Assembly: GCA_001938485.1 (NCBI GenBank)
Contig: MQRK01202609.1
Coordinates: forward strand, 25,827 to 80,060
Length of the DNA: 54,234 nt
Reading direction: 5' to 3'
From: Girardia tigrina
Lineage: Eukaryota
Of the stretch, positions 10,990-24,545 are shown in pieces. The translations under genes were made by a program, and so were the position numbers. Positions within the stretch are counted from its first letter, which is position 1. Every line of letters begins with the position of its first letter. The notes beneath the pieces were generated by a model that made no database searches, was not told where the DNA came from, and worked only from the letters and a program-made list of their open reading frames with translations.

Positions 10990-13900
10990 TAGAGCTGCAA
11001 ATAATTAATTTATTTTAAAAGTTAACTTTCAAAAATTAACGATTAATCGATTAATTGATCGCTAATTTCCCGCTCAAAACCACAGTAAAGTTTTTAAAAA
11101 TTTGAATTTTTTAAAAAGCTTTAACCTATTTACAAAGAAAACTCACCCTTAAACGCAATTAAATGGAAAAATGCGAACTTTTTTTAAATTAAAAAGAATA
11201 CGTGCGATAGGGTAAAAACATGTTTATTTATCAATATTTCCGTGAAGAAAAAAAGGGTCAGATGTATGTAAATATTTTTTCTTAAAGTAAAGAAACGATA
11301 AGATCTGGTTATGCTTACTATAGAAATACTAATTTATCCGACTATGTCGTAACCGTTTAATCTAAGTTATAATATTATATTTAATCAGCAAATTAGTTAC
11401 TTTACACAATACGAATTAGGCTTTATTAAAATTTACATTGCTTTTCATTTATATCTAAAGTTTAGATTCTAAACACTTTAAAAATGGGTGGTTTATTTGT
11501 ATATTTTAAATTTATACATAATAAGTTATATAATAAGTTGTTATTTTTCTTACGTTTGTTCCATGTTGTATAAAAAAACAAACACTTAAGGTTTTGGTAA
11601 GTTGTTTTCTGTGTAAATTTATACCTTCAGGGGGTCTATTGTGACCTCACACCCTTGAACTCTCAATCAGAAGCTGAAAAATACCTGGTTATGAAGCTTG
11701 GATCTCATACATCCCTAGCCTACAATCCTTGTAACAAGTTAGTTGTGATAATGCTAATTAATTATTAAATAAATATTTAACTTGGAAATTTTTTACGGCT
11801 TTTGGTATATTATCCTTTAATCCAGTTTGAAATAAAAACTCATACTATAAAATTTTTGCAGGGAATTAATGTTTAATTTTAAAAATTAACAAAATTTACT
11901 ATAAAATACTGACAGAAAAAATATTTATATTTTAAAAACGCGTTAATTTTTAATTAAAGTTCTCGGATAACCAACTATGCAGACACAATAGCATGTTTAC
12001 ACTATTTGGCTCAAGTGAAGAACATGTTTTATTAACAATATATCCAGCAGAGCTAAATAACCGTTCACATGGAACAGATGTGACAGGTATGCAATGAACA
12101 GTTTTACCATAGGAACCCAGTTTTGGAAATATATGTTCATTTAATTTCCACCAATGCAATGGATCAACTGATTCACAAACCTTCTTCTCCAATTTATAAC
12201 GCTGGATTTTGTCAGAAACACTATCAACTCCCTGATCAGAATCTGAATCGGATTCCATTAACTTGATATATTTATCTTTAGATTTATACAGAATTTCATT
12301 GGCAATGTTAATATTACTTTGTTCATTAGTCTCCACCTGGTCAGCGTATGCATAGGTTGTTAAATTTTCTTTTATACGTATCCAAACTCTTTCCTTCATA
12401 TCTTCTGTCAGACACTTTAAATTTTTATAACGTGGATCAAGTGCAGTTGCGATTTGTAGACTTTCTATTGATTTTATTTCAACTACACACTTTGTGAAAT
12501 CATCAATTGAAGCAACTTTGAATCTGACTATGTAGCCAAGATCATTATCATTTACAGCCATGTGCTTTGTCAAACACGTCAGCAGGGCAACACACAACTA
12601 CACGAAGCATATTTTTGACCACCAAGCAGAACAGTTGCCTGGCAGAATAAATCTAATACTTTGACATAGTTCAATATTTTATCCCATTCAGAATCTGATA
12701 AATTTGGAATATTAAGGTGATTCCTTTCGCTTGACATGAAGATTGTTATTGCTTTTCTAGCCTGCAGAAGACTTTGTAGCATAATAAGAAGGCTGTTCCA
12801 TCTTGTGGGGACATCATGTTGCAACTTAAGCAATTCAGATTCAGCACAATTTTCTAGTTCAGCGGTTGAAGCTGCACTGTGTTTGAAATGTCCCACAATA
12901 CTTCGACACCTATCAAAAATGTTTTAGTATCCTAGGCTTTAAATCCGATTAGTATACTTAATTGAAGACTGTGTGCCAAACACAGAATATGAACAAAACC
13001 AGTTTTATTAATTGCAGAAACCATGTTTCTTGCATTGTCTGTTACTATAGCTTGAACTTTATTCGTGAAATTCCACTTTTCTGCAAAATTCATATAAAAC
13101 AAAGCAACATTATCAGCATAATAGCGGTTATTAAAATGTATGCATTCAAGAACAATACTTTTTTAACTCCCAGTCCTTGGTTATCCAATGCCCAGTGATT
13201 CCACACTAACTTTCATTTCCAACGGATTTCCAGAAATCTGTTGTTATCGCCAGTTCCTTTGCATTTTAACTGTTTCTTTGACTATTTTTATCTTGTTTTT
13301 ATACAAATTCGCAAGTAATTTGTTAATTATAGGCCTTGCTGGCAGTTTATATTCCGAGTTTTGAAGTGCTATTGTTGGGTTTTTAAATTATTAATAATTA
13401 TCTTTAATTCAATTATTCAATTTTTAAAACACAAATCTTAAATCTTTATGTTTAATCGTAAATCTCTTTTCTTAATTCTTTAATCAATAATCTTTAATCA
13501 ATAATTCTCAATCAATAATCTTTTATCTTTTGATCTGACTCCAATTATTCAGAAAGGTCTTCCAACATANNNNNNNNNNNNNNNNNNNNNNNNNNNNNNN
13601 NNNNNNNNNNNNNNNNNNNNNNNNNNNNNNNNNNNNNNNNNNNNNNNNNNNNNNNNNNNNNNNNNNNNNNNNNNNNNNNNNNNNNNNNNNNNNNNNNNNN
13701 NNNNNNNNNNNNNNNNNNNNNNNNNNNNNNNNNNNNNNNNNNNNNNNNNNNNNNNNNNNNNNNNNNNNNNNNNNNNNNNNNNNNNNNNNNNNNNNNNNNN
13801 NNNNNNNNNNNNNNNNNNNTTCCTCAGCCTTGAAAATTGATGAGATAAAACAAAGAGTAAAATATTTATAATTTTTGATGAAGTAAAACAAATATTTATG

Positions 13901-14595
13901 ATTTTTAATTCCAAGTTTTATTAAACTAAATATTATTTAGTTTGAAATTAATAATTTTACTAAAAGAATTATTTAAAAATTTTCCTTTATAAAATTTTAT
14001 CAAAAATGTTCACATGTATTTTTCGGAACCCTAACACTATGTGAAATACTTGTTGTAAACCCTCGTCGTCTACAGTTGAAATTGGTCTTCTACTACTAGC
14101 TATCCATGCTGCAAGTGATTCTTGAATGTTATTTTTTAATGTTGAATTAATAGGCCGATTAGATTTCTGAAAGAATTGACTTAAATTGTTTTGATCCAAG
14201 TCCGTTGAAGATTGAGAAGAAGGGTTTTTAGTTTGAGTCTTTTGATGCTGTAGCGGATGCTTTTTTTAAGGTGGTAAGACAATGACGTCTTTGAGCCATG
14301 GTAAGCAAACGATTTTGTACAGTGAATGCAATATATCTTATCAGCATTTTCAATTTTCCCGTCGATCAATAGTTTAAATCTGAAATGGTAATGTAATGTC
14401 CCCGAAATGAGTTTATACTTATTAATTTGTCAATTGCTAGGCTCGTTAGCAACATTTTTTGCATTGTTGTTGGTCTTTTGGAACATTGCTTGATTGGGAT
14501 TCGAAAATTCAAACGATTAATAGTTAAAAAAAATTTAATCAATAATTATAATTAACGATTAATTAATCGATTATTCGTTAACTTCTGCAGCCCTA
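10990..14595 (-). mobile_element. hAT element (Ac/ZBED1-like) inserted in a (TA)n tract
   Basis: TIRs TAGAGCTGCA / TGCAGCCCTA, subterminal AACGATTAATCG-type repeats at both ends, TA microsatellite on both flanks. Confidence 0.85.
11950..14369 (-). pseudogene. ZBED1-like hAT transposase, fragmented
   Basis: BED finger (CIHC...YHL), WIASSRRPISTVDDEG, DVPTRWNS, ATALDPRYK and the C-terminal dimerisation motif IPVTSVPCERLFSSAG. Confidence 0.88.
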
Positions 14596-14635
<40 letters not shown>

Positions 14636-14899
14636 GGAATTTAGAAACCTATTTTTGAAGGCTTTTTACTCAATCGATTTTCTTCAAACTTTGCACACTT
14701 ACTCATTCTCGATGACAATAAATGATAATGTAAAAATTTGATCGAAAAAGTTTTTTAAGATCCCAAAATGGAAAAAAACGGAAAATTCGAAGTTCCCAAA
14801 CAATATTAATTTCAAGATATCTACTTATAAATTATAAGTAGTTTATATTAATTTTTATTGTTTTTTAAGTAAATTTTTTTTTAAATTTTAAAAACTTTG

Positions 14900-16747
14900 T
14901 TGGCAAAGTAGAGTTCTGTCTGCATAAAGAGTTGATCTCATCATTTGACCCAAATCAACAAACTACATTCTCCAATTAATAGATCTCAACTGAAATCCAT
15001 CATTGGCACTTTACAATTCTTCTCACGTTTCACATCAGAAATGAGTCAAATGGCAGCTCCTCCGCTTTATTTGCTAAGCCCAAGGGTTCCTTTCAAGTGG
15101 ACACCAAAGGAGGATGCTGCTCTTTGATCACTTATATCCAAAATTAACTTGACATCCAATTTGGTATTTTATGACATCAAGAAACCGCTCTTTCTCTCTG
15201 ATAACTCCTCATCCACGGGTTTGGGAGCTGTTCTGAGTCATGACAAAGAAAAGAAACAAATAATACATTGTTCATCACGCACTCTCTCTCCAGCTGAGAA
15301 AAATTATGGTAACATAGAACGTGAAGCGCTGGCTATTATCTTTAGCATCAAAAGATTTCATCAGTATTTGGCAGGCACAATTCTAACTGACCATGCTCCA
15401 CTAAAATTTATATTTAACTCCTCCAGAAACATTCCAGAGAGAATTTCAATGAGACTGCAAAGATGGTGTTTAATTTTGAAATATTACGATTTTGACATTC
15501 AATACATCCGTGGTGAAGAAGTTTTCCGTCCAGATCTTTTCAGCCGTATTCCCGATAGCAAAGACAGGGAAGAAAAGCAAGAAGTGGATGACATTTTTTT
15601 TTGCTCAACTGTCATTGGAAGACAAATTTCCTATTTTCAATGACTTGGAAGCTGAAACCAAATCATCTTTATTTAAAACGGTCATTCATTAGGTTCAACG
15701 CGGTTGGCCTCACATAATTAAGAAGAAATTTATTTCATACTCATCAAACAAACACGAATATATTGTGGTAAAGGGTAGCCTACACCGAGGATATAAAGTG
15801 GTAGTTCCACCTTCACTTCGTCAAGCTGTTCTTCGATTCTTTCATGAATTTTATCCAGGTATTATTAGTATGCGTCAACTCATGCGCCAGTTCGTTTTGT
15901 GGCCGGGAATGGATGATGATATACAAAAATTAATCAGCCAGTGTGATCCATGTGCAAAGTCTCAACAATCGAGAGTAAATTACTCCCTTTCTGCGTGGCC
16001 GGAGTCAAGTTAATTCTTCCAACGTTTGTTCATCGACTTATTCTTCTTTCATGACAAGAGTTTCCTTATCCTAATTGATCAGTTCTTTAACTTTGTAGAC
16101 ATTCCATTAAAGCAGTTATCTTCCAATCAAATCATCAGTGCTCTACAAAAGACATTCTGCTAATTGGTCTTCCCGATATTATTGTGTGTGATAATGGAAA
16201 ATAATTTGTCTCCAAGGAATTTAAATCTTGCCTTTCAAGTTGCAATATTGACCTCATGTTAACTCCAACGTACCATTCACCAAGCACTGGAAAACCTGAA
16301 CGAGCAATAAGGAGTGCAAAACTATTCTTATCCAATAATGTGGCTGAAATGGGTTCTGTGGAATACTGTTTACATCAGTTTTGCATCGTCAACAATTTCT
16401 TCTCTAGCTCAAACGGCACAATTTCCTCAACGGAATATTTGAAACACTCTCCTAAAGTTTTAATGAGGAAAGCACTACTGTCCAATAAGCAAGGCATAAC
16501 GGAAGTGGCTATTCCACAAACATAAATGAGAACGACCATAGTCCCAATATCAGGTGGTCGACTAGCTCACAATGGGGGCGTGTTCCACGAGGAAGCCCGA
16601 AGTAGACGTGTTCGTCAACCAAACTCTCGTTATTTCAATAAAAACTTTGTAAATTAATTTTGGGGGATGTTGTATCATATGTTTCATTACCGTTTGTTTA
16701 ATGTTTCAAAAAATAAATAATTCTTCAACTTTGAATTTGATACCACA
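14900..16747 (+). mobile_element. Ty3/Gypsy 3' portion: RT end, RNase H, integrase, PPT and 80-bp 3' LTR
   Basis: Motifs AEKNYGNIEREALAIIF, TDHAPL, RLQRWCLIL, integrase zinc-finger region and core (CDNG, TPTYHSPSTG). GGGGGA PPT, then an LTR TGTTGTATC...GATACCACA (16668-16747) with inverted ends. Confidence 0.88.
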
Positions 16748-16801
16748 TAAAATATAAATAAACATAATATTTAAAAGACGCCATTTTAAAATAAATTTTT
16801 T

Positions 16802-16848
16802 ATTGATGCAATATATTTCGGCGAAATATCCGTCATCATCAGGCAATT
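16802..16848 (-). ncRNA. Minimal type I hammerhead ribozyme remnant (Penelope-type)
   Basis: Minus strand reads AUUGC-CUGAUGA-UGACGGAUAUUUCGCC-GAAA-UAUA-UU-GCAUCAAU: both core boxes and a palindromic stem III. Confidence 0.55.
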
Positions 16849-16959
16849 CTGGTTGTAGCTGTTAAGCTACAATCTTAGCTGAAACGTTGGAATAGCTAAA
16901 TGGATTGAACAAAAACAGTGTTATAGACAGAGTCATGTGATTTAGCGTTTTCCAACATG

Positions 16960-17128
16960 AAGAAAACTTTGACAACATCACCAATTTTAGGGTACCCAGA
17001 TTTTGAGAAAGAATTTATCACGGATACCTACGCTAGTTTTAACACCATTAGAGTGTTTTTTTCACAAAAAGACAGGAATGAAACGAGAGAGTTATAACAT
17101 ACAGTTCACACTTCATGAGTAATCACAA
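16960..17128 (+). pseudogene. Gypsy RNase H fragment
   Basis: Translates as TSPILGYPDFEKEFITDTYASFNTIRVFFSQKD. Confidence 0.7.
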
Positions 17129-17679
17129 AATATTAATAAAATATTAATAGTAAAAATAAAAATAATAAGAATAATAAATTAATGATAATATTTATTATAT
17201 TAAATAAAATAAAAATAAAATATTAATGAAATACCGATACTAATAATAATATAAAAAAATAAAATATAGTAATAATCAAAATAAATATTTAAAAATATTG
17301 ATTAAATAATATAATAATGACATAACAATATTAATAAAATAATAATAATCATCATAATAAATAAATAAATTCTAAAGCCTTTGACGGCTTTTTCCGACAA
17401 AATCAGGTGTGCCCGCTTAATGAAAGGGTCCCTGAGGACGAAGGAAAAACCCGCTGAAAAGGAAATAAATTAATAATAAAAGTAATAATAATTTTAATAA
17501 TAATAATTTCCATATTAATTGAATAATAATACAATAATAATTCTAAAAATTAGTAATAATAAACAACAGTAAATATAATAATAATAATACTAATGATAAT
17601 ATAAATAAAAAAATAATACTAATTATAATAATAATACTAAAATAATAATAATATTTAAAATTAAAGTTTGAACGTGGTT

Positions 17680-18081
17680 TATTGCCAGTCTCCAGATATA
17701 TTATCAGCGTCACTAAAATGAGATCTCTTCTCTCGCCCATCCTATTTTTAATAGCATTTAGCAGTTTTTAGCTTATCTCAATTTATAATCGCTAAAATTT
17801 ATCGAATAAAAAATTTATGAAATTTTTAACTGTTATTAGATTTGCTTCATTTTTACTTAATTCAATGACAGCAGTTTCAACTGGCATGAAAACATTAACA
17901 AAACTTTGGAGTACGCTAATATCATGTTCAGAAATTATATCCATTCTGTTCACAGATGACATCATAAAAAATAATGTTTTAGCAATTAAGAAAAATACAT
18001 ATGTATTCGAATATCAAATATTTAAAAAACAGGCAAATATATTCGAATAGTAAATAAGCAAATACTTATTTGGAATCTCTA
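17680..18081 (-). mobile_element. hAT remnant: transposase mid-region plus a terminus
   Basis: Peptides VLQSFVNVFMPVETAVIELSKNEANL and ERRDLILVTLIIYL. TAGAGATTC-type end at ~18081 with ATTCGAATA subterminal repeats. Confidence 0.5.
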
Positions 18082-18498
18082 AGGTTTATTAAGCATTAAT
18101 TGAGAAGAAAGCAGAACTGGTAAAGATTTATTTTTAATTTAAAATTGTGTTCAATAACACTTTTAAACCATTCCCTAATTTTCATTTAAATATTAATTTT
18201 CAATAACAATGTTTTTTATATACAGTACTTACTCAGTAATTTTTTTGAAAAAATCAATAAGAGCCCCACGGTGGGTAATGATTATGTTAAGTGAAATTAA
18301 ATCTCCCCAAGAAAACAGATGTTACGGTACAAGGAAATATTTTCATAAAAATCCTGAAAATTAAAATATATTTATGAAAAATCAATTTTACATTTAAAAA
18401 GAAAGCTTTAGTGTTACCAAAGCAAAATGATAATTACACAGAATAATTCGAATGACCCGTTGTCACATAAAATACAAGACCAAACAATAGAAATGTTA

Positions 18499-19302
18499 TT
18501 AATTTTCGTTTGGCTTTTCTTTGATCAAACTCATATCAATCTTTCTTCTTGGAGTACTGAAATCGCCTGACGGGGGATTATCGGTAGAATTCGATGATAA
18601 ATTTCCTTCAATAATCTCTTCAACTTCATTTCCAACATTGTCGTCATCAACGTCCTCTTCATCGACTTCATCATCGTCTTCTTCGTCGTCATGTGGGTAA
18701 TCAACTTCATATTCAGACTCGTCTTCCTCTACATCTTCATCGTCGATTTCACTTCCATAGTCATCGAAATTCCCCTCTTCGTTGTCATATTCACATGCGT
18801 CTTCCTCATCAAATTCACTATTACTTACATTATCGTGTGATAAATGTGACTTGGAATAACTTTTCAAGAATGTATTTCTGACATTTTCCTCATCATTTGG
18901 AGATATATTTCGATCAAAGAATTCTAAAGCCTTTCGTGAGCTTGCAGAAAAGGAATGCGAATGTTTCCTTCGACATCCGTTCAAGTACGACTCGTCGCGT
19001 CTACTGCTAAAACTTATCGGATTTTTCGTCGAATATGAAGGTGATATTAGTGTTTTCAAATCGTTATTTGAAAGACATTTTCGTGTCAATGTCAAATCTC
19101 TCGATGCAATCAACTCCTTCAAATAAGGAGACGTGAACATGCAATTGAGAAAACGTTTTTTAGCAACTATATCTATTGTGTCCAAGTTGGCACTTTTTCT
19201 TCGTTTATGTTTGAAATAATTTTTCTTCGGAACATTTTGACTGATTTCTGGCTGGTATTGATCATTATTATAGCAACCAATGTTTTGTATTGAATCATCC
19301 AT
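18499..19302 (-). CDS. Hypothetical 267-aa protein with a basic NLS-like patch and a long Asp/Glu tract
   Basis: Intact 804-nt ATG-to-stop ORF. KHKRRKS patch and a ~70-aa acidic low-complexity region. No TE motif recognised. Confidence 0.65.
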   Translation of the reverse strand: MDDSIQNIGCYNNDQYQPEISQNVPKKNYFKHKRRKSANLDTIDIVAKKRFLNCMFTSPYLKELIASRDLTLTRKCLSNNDLKTLISPSYSTKNPISFSSRRDESYLNGCRRKHSHSFSASSRKALEFFDRNISPNDEENVRNTFLKSYSKSHLSHDNVSNSEFDEEDACEYDNEEGNFDDYGSEIDDEDVEEDESEYEVDYPHDDEEDDDEVDEEDVDDDNVGNEVEEIIEGNLSSNSTDNPPSGDFSTPRRKIDMSLIKEKPNEN

Positions 19303-19499
19303 GGACGGACGTGTAGAAATTTATTATTAAGACTTTAACCAATTTGAAATTTAATTTAATCAATTTTATTATATTACAATTTTATGATATTGTATTTAAT
19401 CCTTATTTATTTATAGTAGATTGAATTTTATTGTCAGAAAACGACAATTAATAAAAATATATAATAAACCTGTTTAATTTTTAATGGGGCGCATACAGT

Positions 19500-20500
19500 T
19501 AGGTATGGCAAAAATCCCGGAAAAATTCAATTCCGGGATTTCGAGAGTGAAAATGATTAACGGGATTCATGTGAAAACTTTAGTAACATTATAATGGGTG
19601 TCATAATTCAGATACAACCGTTTGAAACTTATGAAACACTAAAAATATATATTTAACCACAAATATAATTAAAATAATTCATTGATTAAATAACATAACA
19701 TACATAATTTTGAAAAATAATCTAAATAATTTAATAACTTTTATTTTTTAAAATGCCACCTTAAAAGCATAAAGCATCAATATTTTTACCGTTTAGTCGA
19801 GTTCGATTTTTTGAGCAAAGAAGACTAGCCGCTGAGAATGCTCGTTCACACTCCACACTTGTTGGTTTAATAGATAGTAAATAATCATATACTTTTTGAA
19901 GGTGGTCACCCCTTGTGCCTCCAGTTTCAAATAACAAAATTTCTTTATGAATTTTAGAAATTGTACTTTCCACTCTTGTAGGTAGTTTTCGTATTGACTT
20001 TAATCCTTTTTTCATAGCTTCATTTAATTGTTCACTAATTGTTTTAAAGCTAATACAACATTCGTCAGCTGATAAAATCTGGTTCTGAATATCACTACAA
20101 ATGTCTGATGCAATTATTGTATCTGTCGCATTTATACACTTTAACAGGTTCAACAGCATTTTTTCATATTCATTGTTTTTCATCTTAAGCGAATCATTTA
20201 TACTGAGATCTAAAAATGCTTTTTTAAGACAATTTTTAAACTTGTCAAATCTTTCAAGCATTAGCAACAAGGTGTTCCATCTGGTTTTGCAATCCATAAT
20301 TAATTGAATGACATTTACAAACTCAATTTTACGTACATCTTTAAATAATTGTCATTTCTGGTTGGAGATTTCTTGAAAAAAATTACGATTTTTCTGACCT
20401 TTGTGAAAACAGGTCTAATCATTTGGTGAGTATTCATAACTTCTCTGAAAAATGAACCATTCAAATTCTGAAAACAATCTTCGTCTTCAGAATCACAGTC
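19500..20500 (-). mobile_element. hAT 3' fragment
   Basis: Motifs DCKTRWNTLLLMLERF and IKPTSVECERAFSAAS...RTRL. Terminus TAGGTATGGCAAAAATCCCGG with CGGGAT subterminal repeats. Confidence 0.8.
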
Positions 20501-21004
20501 ACTAGTGTTGGGGAATGTGTTTGTTTGTTCTGATTTTGTTTTTATTTTATCAAAAAAAGTTTTGAATAATAATAGAATATTATTATTCGTTTTTTTATTT
20601 ATATTTTAAAAATAAGTAAATAAAAAATATCATATTATTATTTAAAATATTATATTATTATTTATATATAAAAGTACAAATCTTAATTAATTACATTAAA
20701 GGTCTAGAGGCCAAAGTATTAAATTTTCGAAGAATTTAGTGATTCGGCAAAAGTCAAAGTTCGGTTAGCAGTTTAAAGTAAAGGACATAAGAGACATAAA
20801 AGGATGTTCAAAAGAATCAATAACTGATAATTTTTAAATTTTTTAAGGTAAATTTTTTTTTAATTTTTTTGATAAAACTTAAATTTTTTTAAGATCCTTG
20901 CAGAAACTTTAAATTTTTAAGAACTAATTGGATCTAAAGAATTAATTTATAACTTCTAAACTTTGTTGAGTGCAAGCAATTCCGCGATTTGTAATAAATT
21001 TTTT

Positions 21005-21100
21005 TGTGAACGAGAAATAAGGATTTATTTCAATAACAAGATTTACAAACCGTTCTCCGAATTATGATTATTTAAACAAGTTTTCGACGTTTCCACTACA
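21005..21100 (-). repeat. 3' LTR of the Gypsy element
   Basis: TGTAGTGG...GTTCACA on the minus strand, preceded by the PPT, repeated at 27908. Confidence 0.9.
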
Positions 21101-21149
21101 CTCTCCCTTGCCTTCAAGGCACAAACGCATACGCCTTCTGTGCAATGGA

Positions 21150-23780
21150 GAGTCTCTCTCGGATCTGGTTCTGTCACTCCTGTGAACAAATAATCTGCAA
21201 ATCTCGCTGGCTGAACGGTCGCTCGATTCGGCCTCGGTTGCCGCACCTCATTGGATTGAGTCTGACTGTTTTTAATGGCATCCATTCTCCTATTCAATGT
21301 CTGCTCGTCCTCCTCGTCTGAGCTATCACTACAGGCGCCTGCATTCTTCGATCTAGGGACAACTCGCAAACTCGATATTCCCTCTGCTGTCATTGTTGAC
21401 CAACTCTCTGGCACACGCCTGATGTGTGACACATGGAACGGGATCCCGTCAATCTCGACTTGATGGGGTGGGCGGAATCCGCTCACTACTGCTCGTTTCC
21501 ACTGCGTCGTGCACGTCGCGCTCACCTGTTTCACGAACATGACATCCCAAACTTGTAGATCCCTCGTCTGCACAATTTAAGTGCCCTTTGAAAGTTGGTC
21601 CGCGAAATCGACTGGTAGTGGCAGTCGCCGCCGTTATGCAAACACTGTGGACGCCGAAATCACATCCGTTGAATTTGGAGTGGCGTTGTACCACGCAACT
21701 ATATCGTTGACCGGCTTCCTACTTCGCGCCGCCATGCGCTTGATGATCCGATAGCAGCATTCAGCGATATCGTTTCCTCTGGGTCGATTTGCACACCAAA
21801 ACCGCATTTCGACACCCATTTCGGAAAGCAATCGTCGGATTGCCTCTCAAAAATGTGTCATGAAATTATCCAGTAGAAGCTCTTGTGGTGGGCCGAATTC
21901 ATTGAACACCGCTTTCAGAGTGGCAAACAAATATCCATCGCATTCTGAAGCGATCCTTCTCCATACTTCGAACCGGTTCGGTCCGCAATCGACCAGTGTC
22001 ATGTACTTTCCCTCAGATGTGTGTGTCACGTCCATGGCGAGCCGCTTCCATGTTTCTTTGACGCCAAGCTCGCCTTTCTCCCACTTTACTTGTGACGGAT
22101 CGATTAATGCGCTCTGAAGACATCATTTTCCCACCGCCTGCACCTACTTCTCAGTTATTCGCCCTGGACCCCACATATTACTCTCCAAGAACATCATCCG
22201 CTTCACTCCGAAATGGTGGATAGCATGGAGCGCCTGCAGACGATCTATCGGCTGCCCCTTTCCCTCCATCGTTACTGCCGCCACATTCGGTCGATCTTTT
22301 GATGCTATCACCCAGTCACTAGGCACGCGAGTGAGGCCATCTGCTCGGTTCTCTGTTGAACTGAACAATTTGCACTCCACTTGAAGCTTCTCCTCTTCGA
22401 TAGTCTGCTTGATTGTGCAGATGCGTCGCTTTACGAGCAGCTCACTCATCCCACTGGATCTAACCGGTCCATCGCCCCTGGTAGCGTTTGTTGCCTTTAT
22501 TGCCTCATTAGCCGCTTCAAGTTCTGCCAGGTTAATGTGAGCGGCGTCATCCTCCTTACGAAGCCACGAAGCATCCTCGACCACCGCTTCCCCTATAACG
22601 GTCGCGATCGAACTTGCATCACATCACACTTGACCGTATTTTCGGTCGGGTACTTCCCACTTGTCGTTCACCGGATCTTCGTTCGCGAGCCGTTCCGCCA
22701 ATGTCTGCGCAATGTCAACTACACGTGGTTCTATTGTATCGTCCTAACCGCCTCTACAGGCCAGCCTTTTTAAGAAACTACATGCCAGTCTCAGCCAACC
22801 ACACATCTGCAGCTTCCGTAATTTGTGTATCCGACCCGAGCACGTGGTCCATGATACGCCTCATAATTTTTGGGGCCGCGTTCAATCCAAAGCCCAGTCG
22901 CGTCAGGCACCACATCTTCCCCTCGTGGTGGATCACTTAATAGGGCCATAGTCTCGAGTCCACCTTAATTTGCAGATATGCTCACCTCAAATCGATTATC
23001 TCGAGCGATGACCCCATCTTCCGCCATTTGCGCAGCTTTTCAGCGCACACCAGGCTTTCTGTGGTGTGGCTGGACACGAACTCGTTTAAGGCTATGTAGT
23101 CTAGCACCGGTCGCATCTTCCCCTTTGCCGCCTGAATCACCGCCATCAGAGGCAAAATTGCCTTTGCTTAACCATTAAACGGGATGAGGCACCCGTTTTT
23201 CTTCCATTCGGACAACTCCTGGATCACATCTTCTTCGTACTGTTTGGCCGAAGCGTATGCGGCCTCTCCCCCCAAGCAACTCTGGTGACTCCTCACCACT
23301 CTTCCACTTCCATAATGCGGTTGTCAAACTCGACAATAAAATCAGAATCGTCAATCCGCATGCGTCCCGGTTGCTTCGCTCTGCCCACCGCTGCCTGATA
23401 TTCAATCTGTCCAAGTTTTGGGGTAACACATCTACCGGGCACCTACACGCCCCAAGTTGGTTAATCGCGTCCATGCCGAAAAGAATCCCCGTCCTCGACT
23501 CGGCAACTTCTAGTACCACTAGAACACGACATTCGATCCGCTTGCCGCTGCACTCAATCGACAGGGTCGCTTTAAATTGCACGACCACCGCCGACCCGTA
23601 CATCATCCAAACAACTTCTTCAACTCAATCCAGCTTTGCCGACGGGATCATCGCCTTCGCTATGACTGACGTCGAACATCCTGTGTCGACCCTTGCCCTT
23701 GCAGTCCTTCCACACACGATCACAGGAACGAATAGAAGTCGCGCGTCACCGCAACCAGGCTCCCCAACCGCGCGATAGTG
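21150..23780 (-). pseudogene. Gypsy pol (protease, partly deleted RT, RNase H, integrase)
   Basis: Motifs ARVDTGCS, LDYIALN, AYLQI, LTRLGFGLNAAPKIM, EDASWLR...HINLAELEA, ENRADGLTR, MDVTH...LVDCGP...LLLDN. Many frameshifts; YxDD not seen. Confidence 0.88.
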
Positions 23781-23788
23781 AGGACCCG

Positions 23789-24545
23789 CTATTCGTTTCC
23801 CGCTCGGTCAGTTTTTAGGCGCGGGTACCTTACAATGCGGCCCACCCGACCGCAGCTGAAGCATCTGCTTTCCCGTTCATTATCTTGGTTCGCGGTTCGA
23901 TCGGTTGTATTATGGGCACTCCGCCTACCTGTCGCACATTCACGCGCCAAATGCCCAATCCCGCCGCAACAATAACATCTCGGTTCTCCTGTATCGGGCG
24001 ACGGGAACGGTGGTGGCCGATCCAATGGCCATGCAGCTGCCGCTGTCTCATCAGTGGGTTCACGTCTTGCCTTGACATGCACTCGAGCCCATCGGACCAA
24101 GGTTTCCAGATCCAACGTTTTGTTGAGCGCTTCGGCCTCCACACTTCTCATGGCTTCCTCGAGCAGCCCATTTATGAAGGCCTGAGCCACAAAAGCCTCC
24201 CAGTGGCCTCTGTTGCCACAGATGACAGCCGCTTACCGCTTCAAATCAGCCATGAAAACATCTACGCCCTCACCGGGTGCAAGCTGTCGGGATGTACAAC
24301 TCACCCATGATAGCTTCAGGCTTTGGGCGAACGCTTCTGTAAGTGCGGCTGTGCTCTTCTCAAAATCTTGCCGCATCTAGTTACTGAATTCACGGAATAC
24401 GACTGATGCCTCGCCCATCAGTGCAAGTGACAGCATCACCAGCTTGTTCTCTTTGAGCGTATCCGCGCACTCGCGATATCGCTCGATCCAAATCGAAAAA
24501 TCCCCCGAGCCCGTCATACGCCGGTCCGATTTTCAGAGTCTTCAT
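23789..24545 (-). pseudogene. Gypsy gag with CCHC zinc knuckles
   Basis: MKTLKIGPAYDG.../FSIWIERY..., knuckle CYCCGGIGHLAREC and a degenerate second knuckle. Confidence 0.85.

Noticed and set aside
13523-13914. ORFs spanning N gaps (also 2482-2868 and 53795-54106)
   Set aside because: Artefacts of translating Ns.
17430-17465. Possible hammerhead (CTGAGGA...GAAA)
   Set aside because: No convincing stems I/III or cleavage triplet.
17130-17660. Hydrophobic ORF in AAT-rich sequence
   Set aside because: Low-complexity AT-rich DNA.
23257-24310. Long plus-strand ORFs
   Set aside because: Antisense shadows of the GC-rich Gypsy gag-pol.
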